From Naegleria gruberi (taxonomy: Eukaryota), in the NCBI GenBank assembly GCA_000004985.1, contig GG738845.1: a DNA stretch of 64,000 bases; one strand, given 5' to 3'. The position numbers were made by a program, and so were the translations under genes. The first letter of the stretch is position 1; each line of letters begins with the position of its first letter. Of this stretch, positions 1 to 12,260 are shown in pieces. Below the pieces are notes generated by a model. The model made no database searches and was not told the origin of the DNA. It saw only the letters and a list, made by a program, of their open reading frames with translations.

Positions 1-296
1 GTCATCATGGAAACTGTATGCATTATATTGTTTTTACAGAGATGAGAATATTTAACGAGAAGAAAGATGTTAATAACCTATATGCCTACCCTGTCAGATG
101 TTTCCAGGCAAAGCCAAAGAGAAGGAAATGTGGTGTATGTGAAATTTATCAAGCCAAATGGGTAACATTTAGAGACAAGTTCACATCAGATGATCCCTCA
201 TTCTTTTGTGATTCATGTTACAGACAATTTCACTATGACCATGATGGTACACTATTATATAATGATTTTAATGTATTTAAATATTATTGCGAGTAA
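1..296 (+). CDS. 3' end of a gene running in from upstream: C-terminal Cys/His zinc-finger-like segment resembling the C-terminus of snRNA-activating protein complex subunit 3 (SNAPC3/SNAP50)
   Basis: The frame is open from nt 3 with no stop before the first ATG, so the CDS is probably 5'-truncated by the window edge. The spacing C-x2-C...W...P-FFCD-C-R-HYD matches what I recall of the SNAP50 C-terminus. Recognition is from memory only. Confidence 0.35.
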   Translation, partial: HHGNCMHYIVFTEMRIFNEKKDVNNLYAYPVRCFQAKPKRRKCGVCEIYQAKWVTFRDKFTSDDPSFFCDSCYRQFHYDHDGTLLYNDFNVFKYYCE

Positions 297-325
297 AATT
301 TATTAAATAATTTCTTAATTAAAAA

Positions 326-1621
326 ATGAAGCAACAAGATGAAACAAACATCACACCACCACGAGAAACTAGAGAAATCACTACTCGGATAGAACAATTA
401 TCTAATCAAATATTGAAAGAGAAAAAAATATGTAATTTTGAAGACTTGAAAAAACAATATCAGTCCCTTCCTAGACTTTCTAAAAAACAGTTTGAACAAT
501 TACCAAAAGAACAACGACAAGAATATATTAAAGTGTTGGAAACCATTACTAGCAAACTTTCTGCTAACATTTTATCTATTAATCAAGACATTGAATTTTT
601 ATTAAAGGAGAGTCAACATTCAAATCAAGATTTATCATTTATCACATTACAAGCCATGCAAATTGCGATTGATAAGAGAAAATTGATTGAAAGGGAAAGA
701 TTTGATAAAATTAGATCAGAATTGGAGCTGAAAAAACCTTTGGATGTGCTTTTTAAACGAATTAATTTCAAATTGAAATGCTATAAAATGGAGAAAGATT
801 TTTTATTAATGGAGATGGAAAAGAAACATTTCAAAGAAAATCAAATGAAAAAATTTGAAGTAATTCCTTTCATATCGAATAATTTTTCTACTTATGTGTG
901 GATTAAAATGATTGTTTTTTTGAAATATTATGACGATGATTGGTTAGACCTTTGTGATACTCGAATTTTATTAGAAAATGGGAATTACTTGAGTGAGGCA
1001 AATTGCGTTTTCATAAATTACAAACTCGAGGAATGTCTACTATTCTTAATATGCAATGGAAATGAAAAGGAATATGGAAATATTAAAAGAAGCGAATATG
1101 GAATAGATATGGAAATGGAAGGTTTGAGAAAAAAAACAGCAGAACAAGAAAATAGAATCTCTCTATTTAATAAGAATTTACAAGATAATTGGAGCAGTTT
1201 AACTGACTTGGAAAAAATTAAATTATACTTAAGAGAGAACGCTAGACAAGATTATGCTGAAATTTTAAAGAAAGCCAAAATTCTGGGATTGGAAGATGAG
1301 GAAATAATTGAGCTATTCATTGAAAAAGGGTACGAGCTTTTTTTACCCTCATTCAAGCCTGAAACATTCAGATCAAATATTCCTTTTGCTACTCTGGATC
1401 CCATTCTTGAAAATGGATTCCACAATCAAAGTTTGAAATTAGCAAAGAAATGGAACGTTCCAGAGGTAATTATTACTGAGCTGTACAAAAATAAGGCAGA
1501 CATGGAAAAGAGTATTGTGCATTTATTAGATATATCACACTTTAAGGTTATGTTCTATTCTGAATTGAATATTGAAAGAAGCATGGGATCAACAATTCTA
1601 ACCCCACTACCAAAATTGTAA
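326..1621 (+). CDS. hypothetical protein (431 aa), no recognisable domain
   Basis: Long uninterrupted ORF with codon usage like its neighbours and an A-rich sequence upstream of the ATG. No motif recognised. Confidence 0.4.
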   Translation: MKQQDETNITPPRETREITTRIEQLSNQILKEKKICNFEDLKKQYQSLPRLSKKQFEQLPKEQRQEYIKVLETITSKLSANILSINQDIEFLLKESQHSNQDLSFITLQAMQIAIDKRKLIERERFDKIRSELELKKPLDVLFKRINFKLKCYKMEKDFLLMEMEKKHFKENQMKKFEVIPFISNNFSTYVWIKMIVFLKYYDDDWLDLCDTRILLENGNYLSEANCVFINYKLEECLLFLICNGNEKEYGNIKRSEYGIDMEMEGLRKKTAEQENRISLFNKNLQDNWSSLTDLEKIKLYLRENARQDYAEILKKAKILGLEDEEIIELFIEKGYELFLPSFKPETFRSNIPFATLDPILENGFHNQSLKLAKKWNVPEVIITELYKNKADMEKSIVHLLDISHFKVMFYSELNIERSMGSTILTPLPKL

Positions 1622-1624
1622 AGT

Positions 1625-2551
1625 CTAAATAGTCATAGAAATGGAGCATTTTGAACAATTCAAACCAGAGAGTGTCTTACTCAACTCTTGAGTCTTTTCA
1701 GCAGTTTTTTCGAACTTTACCTCCAAAGCGCTTGCCATTCCATCCTCCTCTGCCAGTCTCTCTCGTATTACCAACAATTTGGATTTTTCCTCCAAGAAGG
1801 ATGAGACCACATTTTGTGATACTTGATCTGAAAAGTTTGCTTCTACCAACAAGGAATAGTCAATATTCATATCTTGCTCAGTGCGAGCAGCCACTTTTTC
1901 TGCACATTGTCTTAACTCTCCTGATAGCAGATCTAATTCCATCTTTTTTTGCTCAATCAGGTCAGCCTTGGAAGAAAGCACAACATCAAAGTCTGCCTCT
2001 TCTTTTTCCATGCAAGAGATAGAGCTGGATAACCTTTCTAATTCCTCAATTGGTTCAAATTTCTTTTTCAATTCTTCCCTTCTTTTCAATTCTGTGAACT
2101 TCTTCTTTAAAGTTTCTACTTGCTTGATGACATTTCCCAAAGAATTCTCCTTGATCTTTGCTGCAAACCTAATATTGATTTCATAAATTTTTGTTGCCAC
2201 TTCTCCTCTAATACCCTCTACTTCTCCTTTTCTTTGCTCTAGTTGATTTTGCATATGTCTGAGTCTCTTTTCCGAGTTATCTACAAATACAGAATTACTT
2301 ACCAGCTTTGATTCCTTCAATAAGAGTTTGACATCATTATTTTGTTGTCTTGTTCCATCCAAATTTACATCAAATTGGAAGATTGATTCACACAAGGCTT
2401 GATTCCTTTTCTCCAATTCGTCCATCTCTATCAATACTCTCTCTTTAGCTCTTGAGGATTCATGATGATTACATCTTTCTTGTTCTATCTTTTCCTCTTC
2501 TCTTTTATTTAGGCTTTCCAGCTCTTGTATTTGTTGTATGATATGTTCCAT
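1625..2551 (-). CDS. hypothetical coiled-coil protein (308 aa)
   Basis: Long ORF rich in E/K/L heptad-like sequence. Two plus-strand ORFs inside it (1651-2022, 1881-2186) are low-complexity antisense frames. Confidence 0.4.
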   Translation of the reverse strand: MEHIIQQIQELESLNKREEEKIEQERCNHHESSRAKERVLIEMDELEKRNQALCESIFQFDVNLDGTRQQNNDVKLLLKESKLVSNSVFVDNSEKRLRHMQNQLEQRKGEVEGIRGEVATKIYEINIRFAAKIKENSLGNVIKQVETLKKKFTELKRREELKKKFEPIEELERLSSSISCMEKEEADFDVVLSSKADLIEQKKMELDLLSGELRQCAEKVAARTEQDMNIDYSLLVEANFSDQVSQNVVSSFLEEKSKLLVIRERLAEEDGMASALEVKFEKTAEKTQELSKTLSGLNCSKCSISMTI

Positions 2552-2630
2552 TTTGATGTTATTGAGGTTGACTAAAGTTGTTTTTTTTTGATTTATTTTT
2601 AAATTGTTTGAGGCAATTTATTCGAAGGCT

Positions 2631-5600
2631 TTAAATGATGATTATATTTTGAATTTCATATTTGATAAATTTGGTTACGGAAAGAGCAATTTCTGAATAC
2701 ACATAGCTTGGATAAACCTTTTCGAAATTTACAACTATTAGAGTTTCATTATTTTCCCTCTTCAACTCAATATTGAATCCTACTGTACTAGCACTCAAGG
2801 TTGATTGCACTAAATCTACATACTTGATGAGAGATTGAGCAAGATTTTGGTTACTGATATCAAGTACTTCGAAATTCATTGGAATTATCAACTTTTTAGT
2901 GAACGGATTATAGTTATAATTATTAGTTGATTTTTCTTGTGGAGATTGTTGGTATTGTTCATTCTTTAGTGTGACTGGATTAAAGGAGGCCAGCAAAGAC
3001 ATCAATGAACCGGCGCTATTAGTATTTGTTTTTGTCATGTTTGTGATGGCTGCTGCAGAACTAGCAACACTTTTACCAATTTCTAGTCCAACATGAACAA
3101 GTAAACTAGGAAGCCAAAAGAATGGCAAATTCTTGTCCTTGAATCGTAATACTTGGGCTTCAATAGCTAATTCTAAAGAATTGGAAAGAGCTGATTTAGA
3201 AATAAATTGACCATTGTGCATTAGATCAATATCTTCGACCCATAAAAGAAATCCTTCAAAAAATCTAATTATATGGCTTACTGGATCAAAATTGACTTGC
3301 TCTGATTTCCAATCATTCACATAATTGAAAGTGGCTGTAAAATTATCCAAATTACATTTACAGAAAATATAACTATAAACAGTAGTGACATCATCAGCAC
3401 CAACTTGGAAATCTTCACATTTCTTTTCCAATTCAGGAGTCCACCATGCTTCCTTTGAAAGGTTTTGCAACTTATCCAAATCAAAAACTTCATTTGTAGC
3501 TGTATAGTTGATATATGCTTCTCTTCTTTTGTGAGCTCTTCTGTATTTTTTAATTGTTTTGATTGTACTAGATCTAACTTTGGATAATGTTTCTATTTTA
3601 GCTATTACAGACTTGGCATGTTTGATTTGATCCAATATTTTGATGGTTTGTTCGTAGGGAACATCACTAAAATTACCTTCATAAAATAATGGATTCATAT
3701 CGGATGGAGGAAGTGGCACATATTCTGGAGGTATTCCAAACATTTCAGTGGTGCTACCTTGGAGAGATCTTATTCTTTGATTCATTAATAAATCTCTATC
3801 ACGATAGTGATAATTATATAATTCAAAAACTGTTGAAAACTTTACCATGATTATAAAAAAAATTAAAATAATAAAACATACTAGTTTCTCATGAACAATA
3901 TTGGACGTGAGGTTTTTGCAAAGTGGATAAAATTCCTTTTCAATCTCTATGAGTAATTGTTCATTTTGATTGTCACTTGCCGATCCTAAAGCAGGAGAAA
4001 AAACATCTCTCATGAAAAAATCCCATATAATCTTATCGCTTAAAAACATAATAAAGCTCTTAATATCATCAATAGCATGATAAATCAGTGTAGCTTGATA
4101 TTTTCTAATTGATGCCTTTGCTGAGCTTGAATTATTTGCAAAGTAGTAGGTTCCACAAAAAATGCTAATGAAAAATGAAATAAAATTAGATATGAATTTG
4201 AAGTTTGGGTCTGAGGTTGAGGAAGAAATATCAGAAAAAGTACCAGTTAACAATTGACCGACTATTGCAGTAAAATTATTTCTGACTATATCAAATTGTT
4301 TCCTTGGGTTTGAGGAACCCAATAATTCCAGTTTTGAAGATGATTTGCTCATAAACTTCTTGGCCAGAGCATGTCTTTCTTTTCTCCAATCCTCTTTGTA
4401 CATTACAATATATTGAGTCCATTTCAAGTCAGAAGCAGGCTTTACACACTCGGGATCATACATACTCATGGCTAATTCGTCCATATGACCCATATTTTCA
4501 TATAATTTGATAGATTCTTGTATTTGTGATTCTAACATGTGCAAATTGGTGAGATGTACGTTTTTACATGTTCCCTTGTAATATGTACAACCTTCTACTT
4601 TACTATCCCCATACCAAAATCCTTCTAGGATATCTCCATTAGGTAAGTATAGTTTGCCCTTTCCTTTTCTTTGACCTTTTTTATACATTCCTTGGAAATA
4701 AGTACCATCCTTATAGTGATAGGTACCAAAGTAATGATACATATCATGTTTCCAACCGCCACAATATCTTTCTCCTATACTAGGGTAAATTTCAACTCCA
4801 AATCCATACTTTTGATTATGTTTAAACGATCCAAAATATTTTGTGTTTGTCACACTACAATACAATTCTCCTTCTTGGGTTCTTTCAAAATCTATTTTAA
4901 TAGTCAATAAATAAATGAAATATGTAACATACCATCCAATGTCAGCATAGTTTTTCCTACACTTTTTGTTTTAAGTCTGACGTATCCCCAATATTCCATT
5001 TCTTCACCATCATATGAAATTTTCCATGGAATCTCTCCGGATGGTACATCATTTTTCCACTGTCCAATTGCAATAGTGTCAGGTTTTTTTAGTGTTGAAG
5101 ATGGGAAAATCATTTTGCCAAAGCCATGTTTTTTTCCTCTATCAAAATCACCTTCATAAATTGTCTTGTTAGGATAAAGTAATTCACCTCTACCATGTAA
5201 TTCATTAGTGGAAGGCAAGACTGTTCCGACATAACGAAACTCTTTTCCTTCTTCATCTGTAAACTTGAATGATTTGTAAATTGGAACTTCATTATCAACA
5301 ATGTTTGTTATCGAGTTCAAAATCTTAGACTTGCTGATAGACTTAGTAAGAGGTGGCTTTTTTACTTCAGTCTTGTCAGAGTTTGAATCAACACTAACAG
5401 TTCGTTTGTGTCTTACAGGTGTTTTTACAGTTTCTATGGCTTTAGCTGGCTCGTTATAGGCAGATCCATGTATTTTTGTTGTCATACCAGTGTTTGTTTC
5501 AATATTGTAAACAGTTTCATCTAAACTCATTCTTCTATCAACTTCAGAGTTTGATGCTGGAATTATTACTGATGATGTCGGTTCAATGAATTGATCCAAC

Positions 5601-6361
5601 ATTGAAGCTAAACTTCTTGCGCTCATAGGAGTTCCTGGCGTAGGTTTTGGAATAATTTGATGAAGATTAATGGTCAAATCGCCATTTGCTCTAATAGATT
5701 TCCTAAAAGGAGGAATACGAAGAGAGGAAGGAGAATCGTCTTGTTGATCCTCTTGTTCACCAAAATTTGTTGTAGCAAGTTTCATTGCATGTTTTGTAGC
5801 TGTTGTAGAAGTTAGGGAATCTCTTCTATTTGTTCGTGGAGTGGTTACTTCCTCTTCTTCATCACTTTCCGAATCAAAATAATTAATAGATTCCAAAGTA
5901 CTAATTGTGTTTGTTGTATCATTCAAGTTTTGCTCATTCGGTATTGAATCAATAAGAGAAGAAAGAGAATTATGTCTATGATGATGTGATGATAAGTGTA
6001 ACATAGTAGATCCTCTTTCTGTTAGTAGAATATGAGAAGCTGCTGATGGAGAATCCTTGTTGAGTGCAAGTGAAATTCTTCGTTTTAGATCGTTTGGTGT
6101 TGGTGAATCCAAATTGGGTCCAATAATTGGGCTAATAATTCCTGTCGGAGAAGCTAACCGTGAAGGTGTTGTTGTGGAAGTGAGTGCCGAAGAGTCAATA
6201 TCATTATGTGATGTGTTATTATACAACCTTGTAGAAGGAGAGGTAGATGCTATTGTATTGAGTGGGGTAGGTGTATTAGGAACAGAGCTGGATGAGTCAT
6301 TTAAATTAAAACTCTGTTCTTTTTTAGCATCGGAAGAAGAGCTAAAAAACCGTTTAAACAT
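2631..6361 (-). CDS. MORN-repeat protein of about 1229 aa, 2 exons, with a Ser/Thr-rich N-terminus, a block of MORN repeats and a large C-terminal domain (possible divergent VPS9/alsin-like region, speculative)
   Basis: Exon 1 is 4933-6361 (ATG at 6359-6361) and exon 2 is 2631-4891. The 41-nt intron 4892-4932 reads GTATGT...AATAG on the minus strand, is phase 1 and regenerates an Asp codon. MORN motifs (YxGxWxxGxxHGxG) lie on both sides of the intron, so the two adjacent ORFs are one gene. The downstream ORF 'start' is a TTG called by the ORF track. Confidence 0.6.
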
Positions 6362-6671
6362 TTTTTTAATTATTTAATCTATTATTATTATTAATACTTG
6401 GCGAGAGAATGATTGAGTGTTATTTCACTTTCAAATAAAATAATTCATTACAAAGATTGGTTAAATTCTCTCCATTGTCAAAATCTTTGAAATCTTTAAT
6501 AACGTCCAACACATTCCAAACATTATGATAAACAAAGTCACAATATTCTGGTATTAAAAACCAATTTTCCGTTTTCAACCTTGTCTGATTGATAATTAAC
6601 AGTGTTTGATGTTCTCCTTTGCGCCAAAAATTTCCCTCCCTTTTTCTATTTAAAAATAATTTCTAAATAAA

Positions 6672-7477
6672 ATGCCAAAACCTAAAAGCTCAACTGCCCT
6701 TACTCAACTTAACGTTCTTGATGAAGTTAAGGAAGAGAAGGCCATCGATCGGATTTTAAAAATTATTGATAATGCACCTAGTTTAGGATACATAAACAAA
6801 ACGCAATTCTATACAATGGTTCACTTTTTGGAAAAGGAAGCTTCTGTAAAGGATAAGCAGCTAAAACTAAAAGTGGAGGAAACAAAAGCATGCAGAGAAA
6901 TAATACAAAAATTAAAGAACAATTTAAAACAAAATGAAACTGACATTAAAATGATTAATAATAACAGATCGAGGATTCAAATTGCGATAGAAATGTTAAA
7001 AGTAAAAACAGAAGAAATACGGAGGGAAAGCGACGTTGTCATGGAATCAATTCTTGATTATCGTAGAGTAAGTGTTTGAATATCAAACAGTATGACAAAA
7101 GCAAATATTAGAATATTTTGGATTTGGAAAACTATTCAAAACAACAAGCAGAATTTATCAAGGAAACTCAAAAAGAGACTAAAAATTATATTAAAACCAA
7201 TCAAGAACTTGATCAAATTAAGAATACAGCACTAAAGGAACGATTCATCAAGGCAGTAAGTTGAATTATTTTCTCTAACCTAATTGTTTCAAAGAATGAA
7301 AAGGAAAAGTCCCTCAACAGATTTCTAAGACATATCACAATAGTGAGAAAGAACCTAACGCATGACCCTTATCAATTCTTTGGCTCCGATCAATCGGAAA
7401 GAGATGACATTGTTTTTGGTAATAATTTTGGAGCTAATGCAAAGGAAAAATTCAAGAGAAGGAATTCTGTCTATTGA
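6672..7477 (+). CDS. hypothetical coiled-coil protein of about 244 aa, 3 exons
   Basis: Exons are 6672-7067, 7112-7255 and 7295-7477. Introns 7068-7111 and 7256-7294 both start GTAAGT and end AG, and both are phase 0. The frame stays open across all three exons and ends at a TGA. The ORF track shows only exon 1. Confidence 0.5.
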
Positions 7478-7974
7478 TCAATATTATATTCTTCAAATTA
7501 TAGACCAACTTCACTCTTCAATGTGATTTGTAATTGAAATTAAAGAACGAGATACTCTACAACTCAGGTTTTAATTTTTCATAAGGTTGGAATACGAAGA
7601 AAAGCAATTCTTTTTTCAGAACTTGTAAAGTCAGGCAATTCCCGCCAGTTCTTGTTTATTAATTCTAAAAAAAAATTTCCAACAACACAATTTGCACCTG
7701 CCTGGCTGGTAAACTATCAACCAATTTGTTATTAAACAAGAGGAGGAAAATTCATCAACAATACACCAATTAAAAAAACAATAGTTGTGTGGTCCATCAA
7801 TAATTTAACATCATCCAAAGGCCACTAAACAGCAGGATACTTTTTCAAAAATTCTACCATAGTATTCATCATTATTATTTGGTGTAAAATTTTCTTGCAA
7901 AAAAACAGATCGGATCTTGCACGCTAATTTTACATAGTAAAAATATAACAAGTTTTATCAGTAAATATTAGAAA

Positions 7975-10900
7975 ATGATGTCCCAAGAAGATCTTGCTCG
8001 TTTTGAAACACTTTGTCAATCTATTTACGGACAAAAGGAGGAAGCAAGAAAGGATGCTGAAAGACAACTTTTCATGTTCCAAAAATTAGAAAGCTATCCT
8101 AAGTTGGTGCTAATCTTTGATAAGAGCAAAGACCCACATGCTTTATTCTTTGCATCCCAACAAATAACCAAGCTATTGACAAGTCATTGGAATAGTTTTT
8201 CTAATGATAAAAAGACAGATCTTCGTAAGTTAACATTTTATTCTAAAATTATTAACTGGTTTAAAGGAAATTATCTTTTGAATTATTTAGCTAGTTGTGG
8301 GTTTGAACTTCCAAAGTTTGTATCTTCTGATTTATTTAAACTTGTTGGTAGATTGACCAAATTAGGATGGTTGGAAGACCAACAGAATCGTGATCTACCA
8401 GAATTAATTAAGAAGTACTTTATTACTGTTGCAAACCCTCAACTTTCTGTTGTTGGTATTAGGATTCTCGGAAATATTATTGAAGAAATGAATACACTCA
8501 CTACAAGAAAAAGCTTGACACAACATCGTAAAATTGCTGTTTCATTCAGAGATTTAGCTTTGAGAGGAATTTTTGAAACTGCCATTTTTACTTTGAAAGA
8601 CGTTTTAAGAGCTCTTGGAGGTGGAGGTTTAAATATTGGGGTTATGAATAATAATAAGGCAGCAAACGAAGCACTTTGTCAAGAGGCTTTAGAACTTTCA
8701 TTAAGTTGTTTAAAGTTTGATTTTGTTGGTATATTCCCTGATGAATCTTCAGAAGACATAGGCACTATTCAAATACCTGCTGCTTGGAGACCTCTGTTCG
8801 AAGAATCTGACACCTTAGAATTATTTTGGAATTTATATACTACATTAACAAATGCCAAGTTAAGGAAGGACGTTCTGCAAATTCTTGTTTTATTGTGCAG
8901 TGTAAGGCGATCACTCTTTACAGGAGATGATGAACGAAAACAATTTTTATCCAAGTTTTTTGAGGGAATGTGTACTATCTTACAATCACGATATGGTCTT
9001 GACGATCAAGATACCTACCATGAGTTTTGTAGACTTTTAGCGCGTATCAAGTCAAATTTCCAACTTAATGAATTTGTTGCATGCAAAGGTTATGTACAGT
9101 GGCTAGATTTATGTGCCAATTTTTCAATTGAAAGTTTCACCTCTCTTGAGTGGTCGAATCAATCAGTTTATTATATTTTAAATTTATGGTCAAGACTTGT
9201 TGCTTCAAAGCCTTACTTAAAGTCTGAAAATGAAAGTTATCTAGAAAAATACGTACCAGAAATATGTAAAAAGTATACAATTTCCAGATTAGAATATGCT
9301 AGACTTTGTGCACATGATGAATGTGATGACAACCCATTAGACCACAAAGAAAATTTAGATGAGCAATTAGATGCTATACCCCAACTTGTTCATTTTGATT
9401 ACAAAACAGCTGGACAACATTTAACCGATCTTTTCGACCCTGTTTTGCAGTTATACTTGGAATCTGTTAACAATAAGGTACATATGAAAAATTTGAACGA
9501 ACTAGAACAAAAATTGACATGGCTCACTTACATAGTTGGTTCTGTTATTGGTAAAAGATATGTTAGCTCGCTATCTGTTGATGAAGCTGAACTATTGGAC
9601 GGCACATTATCTGCCAGAATTTTGAGATTAATTCCTTTAATAGATATTAGAATTAAGAATTATTCATTTTCTAACCATCTTAAAGATGAATCATTACAAC
9701 ATCTGGAATATGCTTTGTTATATTTTATGAAAAATTTTAAGAAATCATACCTTGGTGATTCATCAACCTCTGTTGGTAATGGTAACAATCCAAAGATTTT
9801 TGTACGACTAGCCGAACTTTTAAATATTGGTGAACAACTTCAGGTATTGAATATTTTTATTGGAAAGATAGCAAGTAATTTGAAAGTATGGGCTAAAGTT
9901 GATAATATAGTTACTGAAACTATGGGACTCTTTGATGAAATAGCTTCAGGCTACAATAGTGCTAAACTGGCATCAAAGCTTGAAACAACTCAATATCTTT
10001 TGTTGAATCATGGTCCTGAAAATTTCCCATTTTTGAATGAAATTACAAATCTTAGACAAAGAACAGCTTTTTACAAGACGCTATGTAAACTCCTTTTTTT
10101 ACAAAATTATACAGAAGATGATTTTACATCATTTATCAAACCATTGGAATCAGTTAGTGACAGATTAAACTCTATAGATAATCCAGAAATTTTCAAACAG
10201 GAAGGTGTTAAAAACGCTCTAATAGGATGGTGTCGTGACCTTCGAGGAATAGTATTTGGTTGTAATAATAAGAGAACTTATACATTCTTTTTTGAATGGT
10301 TTTTTGACAAGTACAGTGGAATTTTGGAAAAGGCTGCTCAAGTCTGGTATGCTGATCAATTTGTTATGAATTCATTGTTGAAATTTTTAGCAGATTTTGT
10401 ATTGAACAAGAATCAAAGAATTGCTTTTAGTTATAGCTCACCTCATGGTATTTTAATATTCAAAAAGACAAGCTCTATTTTGACAAACTATGGTCAAAGA
10501 CTCCATAACGTGCCAATCAAAAAGGAAGCGTACGCTGAAAAATATAAGGGTATTTGCACTAGTATGAATATTTTATCCAGATGTTTGGCTGGTAAATATT
10601 GTAACTTTGGCGTTTTTGATTTGTACAAAGATCCTGCCCTCAATGAAGTTTTGAATACTGTTATTCGTCTTGCACTTAGTATTCCATACTCGGATATAAT
10701 GGCATATCCAAAATTATGCAGAGCATACTATGGATTGATGGAAACCCTTTTCCAAGAACATACCCATACAATTATTAGATTTGAAACATCCATTTTCTTA
10801 CAAATATTGAGCTCTCTTGAAGAAGGTGTTTCCATTGAAGAATTGAGCTTATCTTCTCAAGTTTGTGCTGCTTTGGATAACCTTTTTACTTTTTATTATA

Positions 10901-11265
10901 CTCAAGCTAAGAAAAATACTCCAGATGCTCAAGTTTTAGCAAATCACTTAAAACAGAACGATAATTTGATTCCAAATATGTTAACTCAATTCTTTAGAAT
11001 AATTATTTTGGAAGAATGTGGCAATCAGTGGAGTCTATCAAGGACCATGTTGGTATTGATAGTACTTAACCCTTCATTCTATGAAAATTTGAAACAAGTA
11101 ATTATCAATTCTGTTGCTGGAGATGATGTTGAACGAGCATCCAAAGTGAGGGAGGCTTTCGATAAGCTAATGGATGGTGTTGAAATTAATTTAGAACCAA
11201 AGAATCGTGACAAATTTACTGGGAATCTAATAACGTTCAGACAAGATGTACGAAATGTAATTTAA
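7975..11265 (+). CDS. xpo7: exportin-7 (RanBP16) family nuclear export receptor, 1096 aa
   Basis: Single long ORF. The N-terminal importin-beta-like region and the 'TKLGW' motif match exportin-7. Length matches the roughly 1090-aa animal proteins. No introns needed. Confidence 0.85.
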   Translation: MMSQEDLARFETLCQSIYGQKEEARKDAERQLFMFQKLESYPKLVLIFDKSKDPHALFFASQQITKLLTSHWNSFSNDKKTDLRKLTFYSKIINWFKGNYLLNYLASCGFELPKFVSSDLFKLVGRLTKLGWLEDQQNRDLPELIKKYFITVANPQLSVVGIRILGNIIEEMNTLTTRKSLTQHRKIAVSFRDLALRGIFETAIFTLKDVLRALGGGGLNIGVMNNNKAANEALCQEALELSLSCLKFDFVGIFPDESSEDIGTIQIPAAWRPLFEESDTLELFWNLYTTLTNAKLRKDVLQILVLLCSVRRSLFTGDDERKQFLSKFFEGMCTILQSRYGLDDQDTYHEFCRLLARIKSNFQLNEFVACKGYVQWLDLCANFSIESFTSLEWSNQSVYYILNLWSRLVASKPYLKSENESYLEKYVPEICKKYTISRLEYARLCAHDECDDNPLDHKENLDEQLDAIPQLVHFDYKTAGQHLTDLFDPVLQLYLESVNNKVHMKNLNELEQKLTWLTYIVGSVIGKRYVSSLSVDEAELLDGTLSARILRLIPLIDIRIKNYSFSNHLKDESLQHLEYALLYFMKNFKKSYLGDSSTSVGNGNNPKIFVRLAELLNIGEQLQVLNIFIGKIASNLKVWAKVDNIVTETMGLFDEIASGYNSAKLASKLETTQYLLLNHGPENFPFLNEITNLRQRTAFYKTLCKLLFLQNYTEDDFTSFIKPLESVSDRLNSIDNPEIFKQEGVKNALIGWCRDLRGIVFGCNNKRTYTFFFEWFFDKYSGILEKAAQVWYADQFVMNSLLKFLADFVLNKNQRIAFSYSSPHGILIFKKTSSILTNYGQRLHNVPIKKEAYAEKYKGICTSMNILSRCLAGKYCNFGVFDLYKDPALNEVLNTVIRLALSIPYSDIMAYPKLCRAYYGLMETLFQEHTHTIIRFETSIFLQILSSLEEGVSIEELSLSSQVCAALDNLFTFYYTQAKKNTPDAQVLANHLKQNDNLIPNMLTQFFRIIILEECGNQWSLSRTMLVLIVLNPSFYENLKQVIINSVAGDDVERASKVREAFDKLMDGVEINLEPKNRDKFTGNLITFRQDVRNVI

Positions 11266-11320
11266 ATTGGCTGTAATTAAAATTATTTAATTAAATTTCA
11301 AATTTTAAAAAGAATAAAAA

Positions 11321-12175
11321 ATGCACAAACAATACTCAACAGACAATCTGCATGGAATTATTGAGAATTTCAACAATAACACAGAAAAAATAATTTCTAA
11401 ATTCGGAATATTTGATTTATTGTGGAATAAAGTTAAGAATCAAATATCGGAGCCATCAGAATCGTTTGAACAATTTTATAATAATTCGTTTAACATTATG
11501 GATAATCATCCCGAGAAGAGTAGAAATATTGAAGATTTAAGAAGCGTATTCACTGAAAAAAACACCAACCCAATTGATTCTAATGATGGAGACTTTGATT
11601 TACTGAATAATTTAACCTCTCTGCTATCTCACTCATCTCTAAAAAGAGAAGAAATTATTAGAAAAGAATTACATTTGCTATTGGAAGAAAATAGTAAATT
11701 CATGAAAGAGTTGATGAAAATTTATTCTGTTTGTTCTATGACTTTATCCTTGGATGAATTTATAGAAAATGTTTTGGAAAAGCTTTATGACAACGGACTT
11801 GAAAGGGAGAAATTGAGATTAAAACAACTCAATAGACTACAAATCCAAAGTCTAAACAGACAAATTGACACTCCACGCCCAACCACTCTTGAAATATCTA
11901 ATAACTCTTCACAATCATTTTCTTATAATATGGAGAGAAAGTATGAGTTCTCTAAACAAGTGATGAAAGTTTTTGATTCTAATGAAAGAAAAATATTTAA
12001 TGATAACCCTATGGGTTTACATTATTTGGATCCTTCCATTGAGCCATATCATCCTTTGTCATTTAACAACATTATATTTAATAATGATAAAACTAAGAAG
12101 AAAGCAGATTCAAATCAATCAGAAATACCATTGATTCCAAAGAAGAGAAGAACCAATAGAAGAAGAAAATCCTAA
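11321..12175 (+). CDS. hypothetical protein (284 aa) with a basic C-terminus (KKRRTNRRRKS, NLS-like)
   Basis: ORF with gene-like codon usage. No domain recognised. Confidence 0.35.
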   Translation: MHKQYSTDNLHGIIENFNNNTEKIISKFGIFDLLWNKVKNQISEPSESFEQFYNNSFNIMDNHPEKSRNIEDLRSVFTEKNTNPIDSNDGDFDLLNNLTSLLSHSSLKREEIIRKELHLLLEENSKFMKELMKIYSVCSMTLSLDEFIENVLEKLYDNGLEREKLRLKQLNRLQIQSLNRQIDTPRPTTLEISNNSSQSFSYNMERKYEFSKQVMKVFDSNERKIFNDNPMGLHYLDPSIEPYHPLSFNNIIFNNDKTKKKADSNQSEIPLIPKKRRTNRRRKS

Positions 12176-12260
12176 TTTAAGAAGGTGCTTTTTTTGTTGC
12201 TGTCCAAGAGTAAGGTTTGATGGAGATAAGAGTTCCTTTTAAAAAATACCTCAACCAACA

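Noticed and set aside
1651-2186. Plus-strand ORFs 1651-2022 and 1881-2186 inside the minus-strand coiled-coil gene
   Set aside because: Low-complexity, Pro/Leu/Phe-rich translations typical of antisense frames of an E/K-rich coiled-coil coding sequence. No motif and no codon-usage support.
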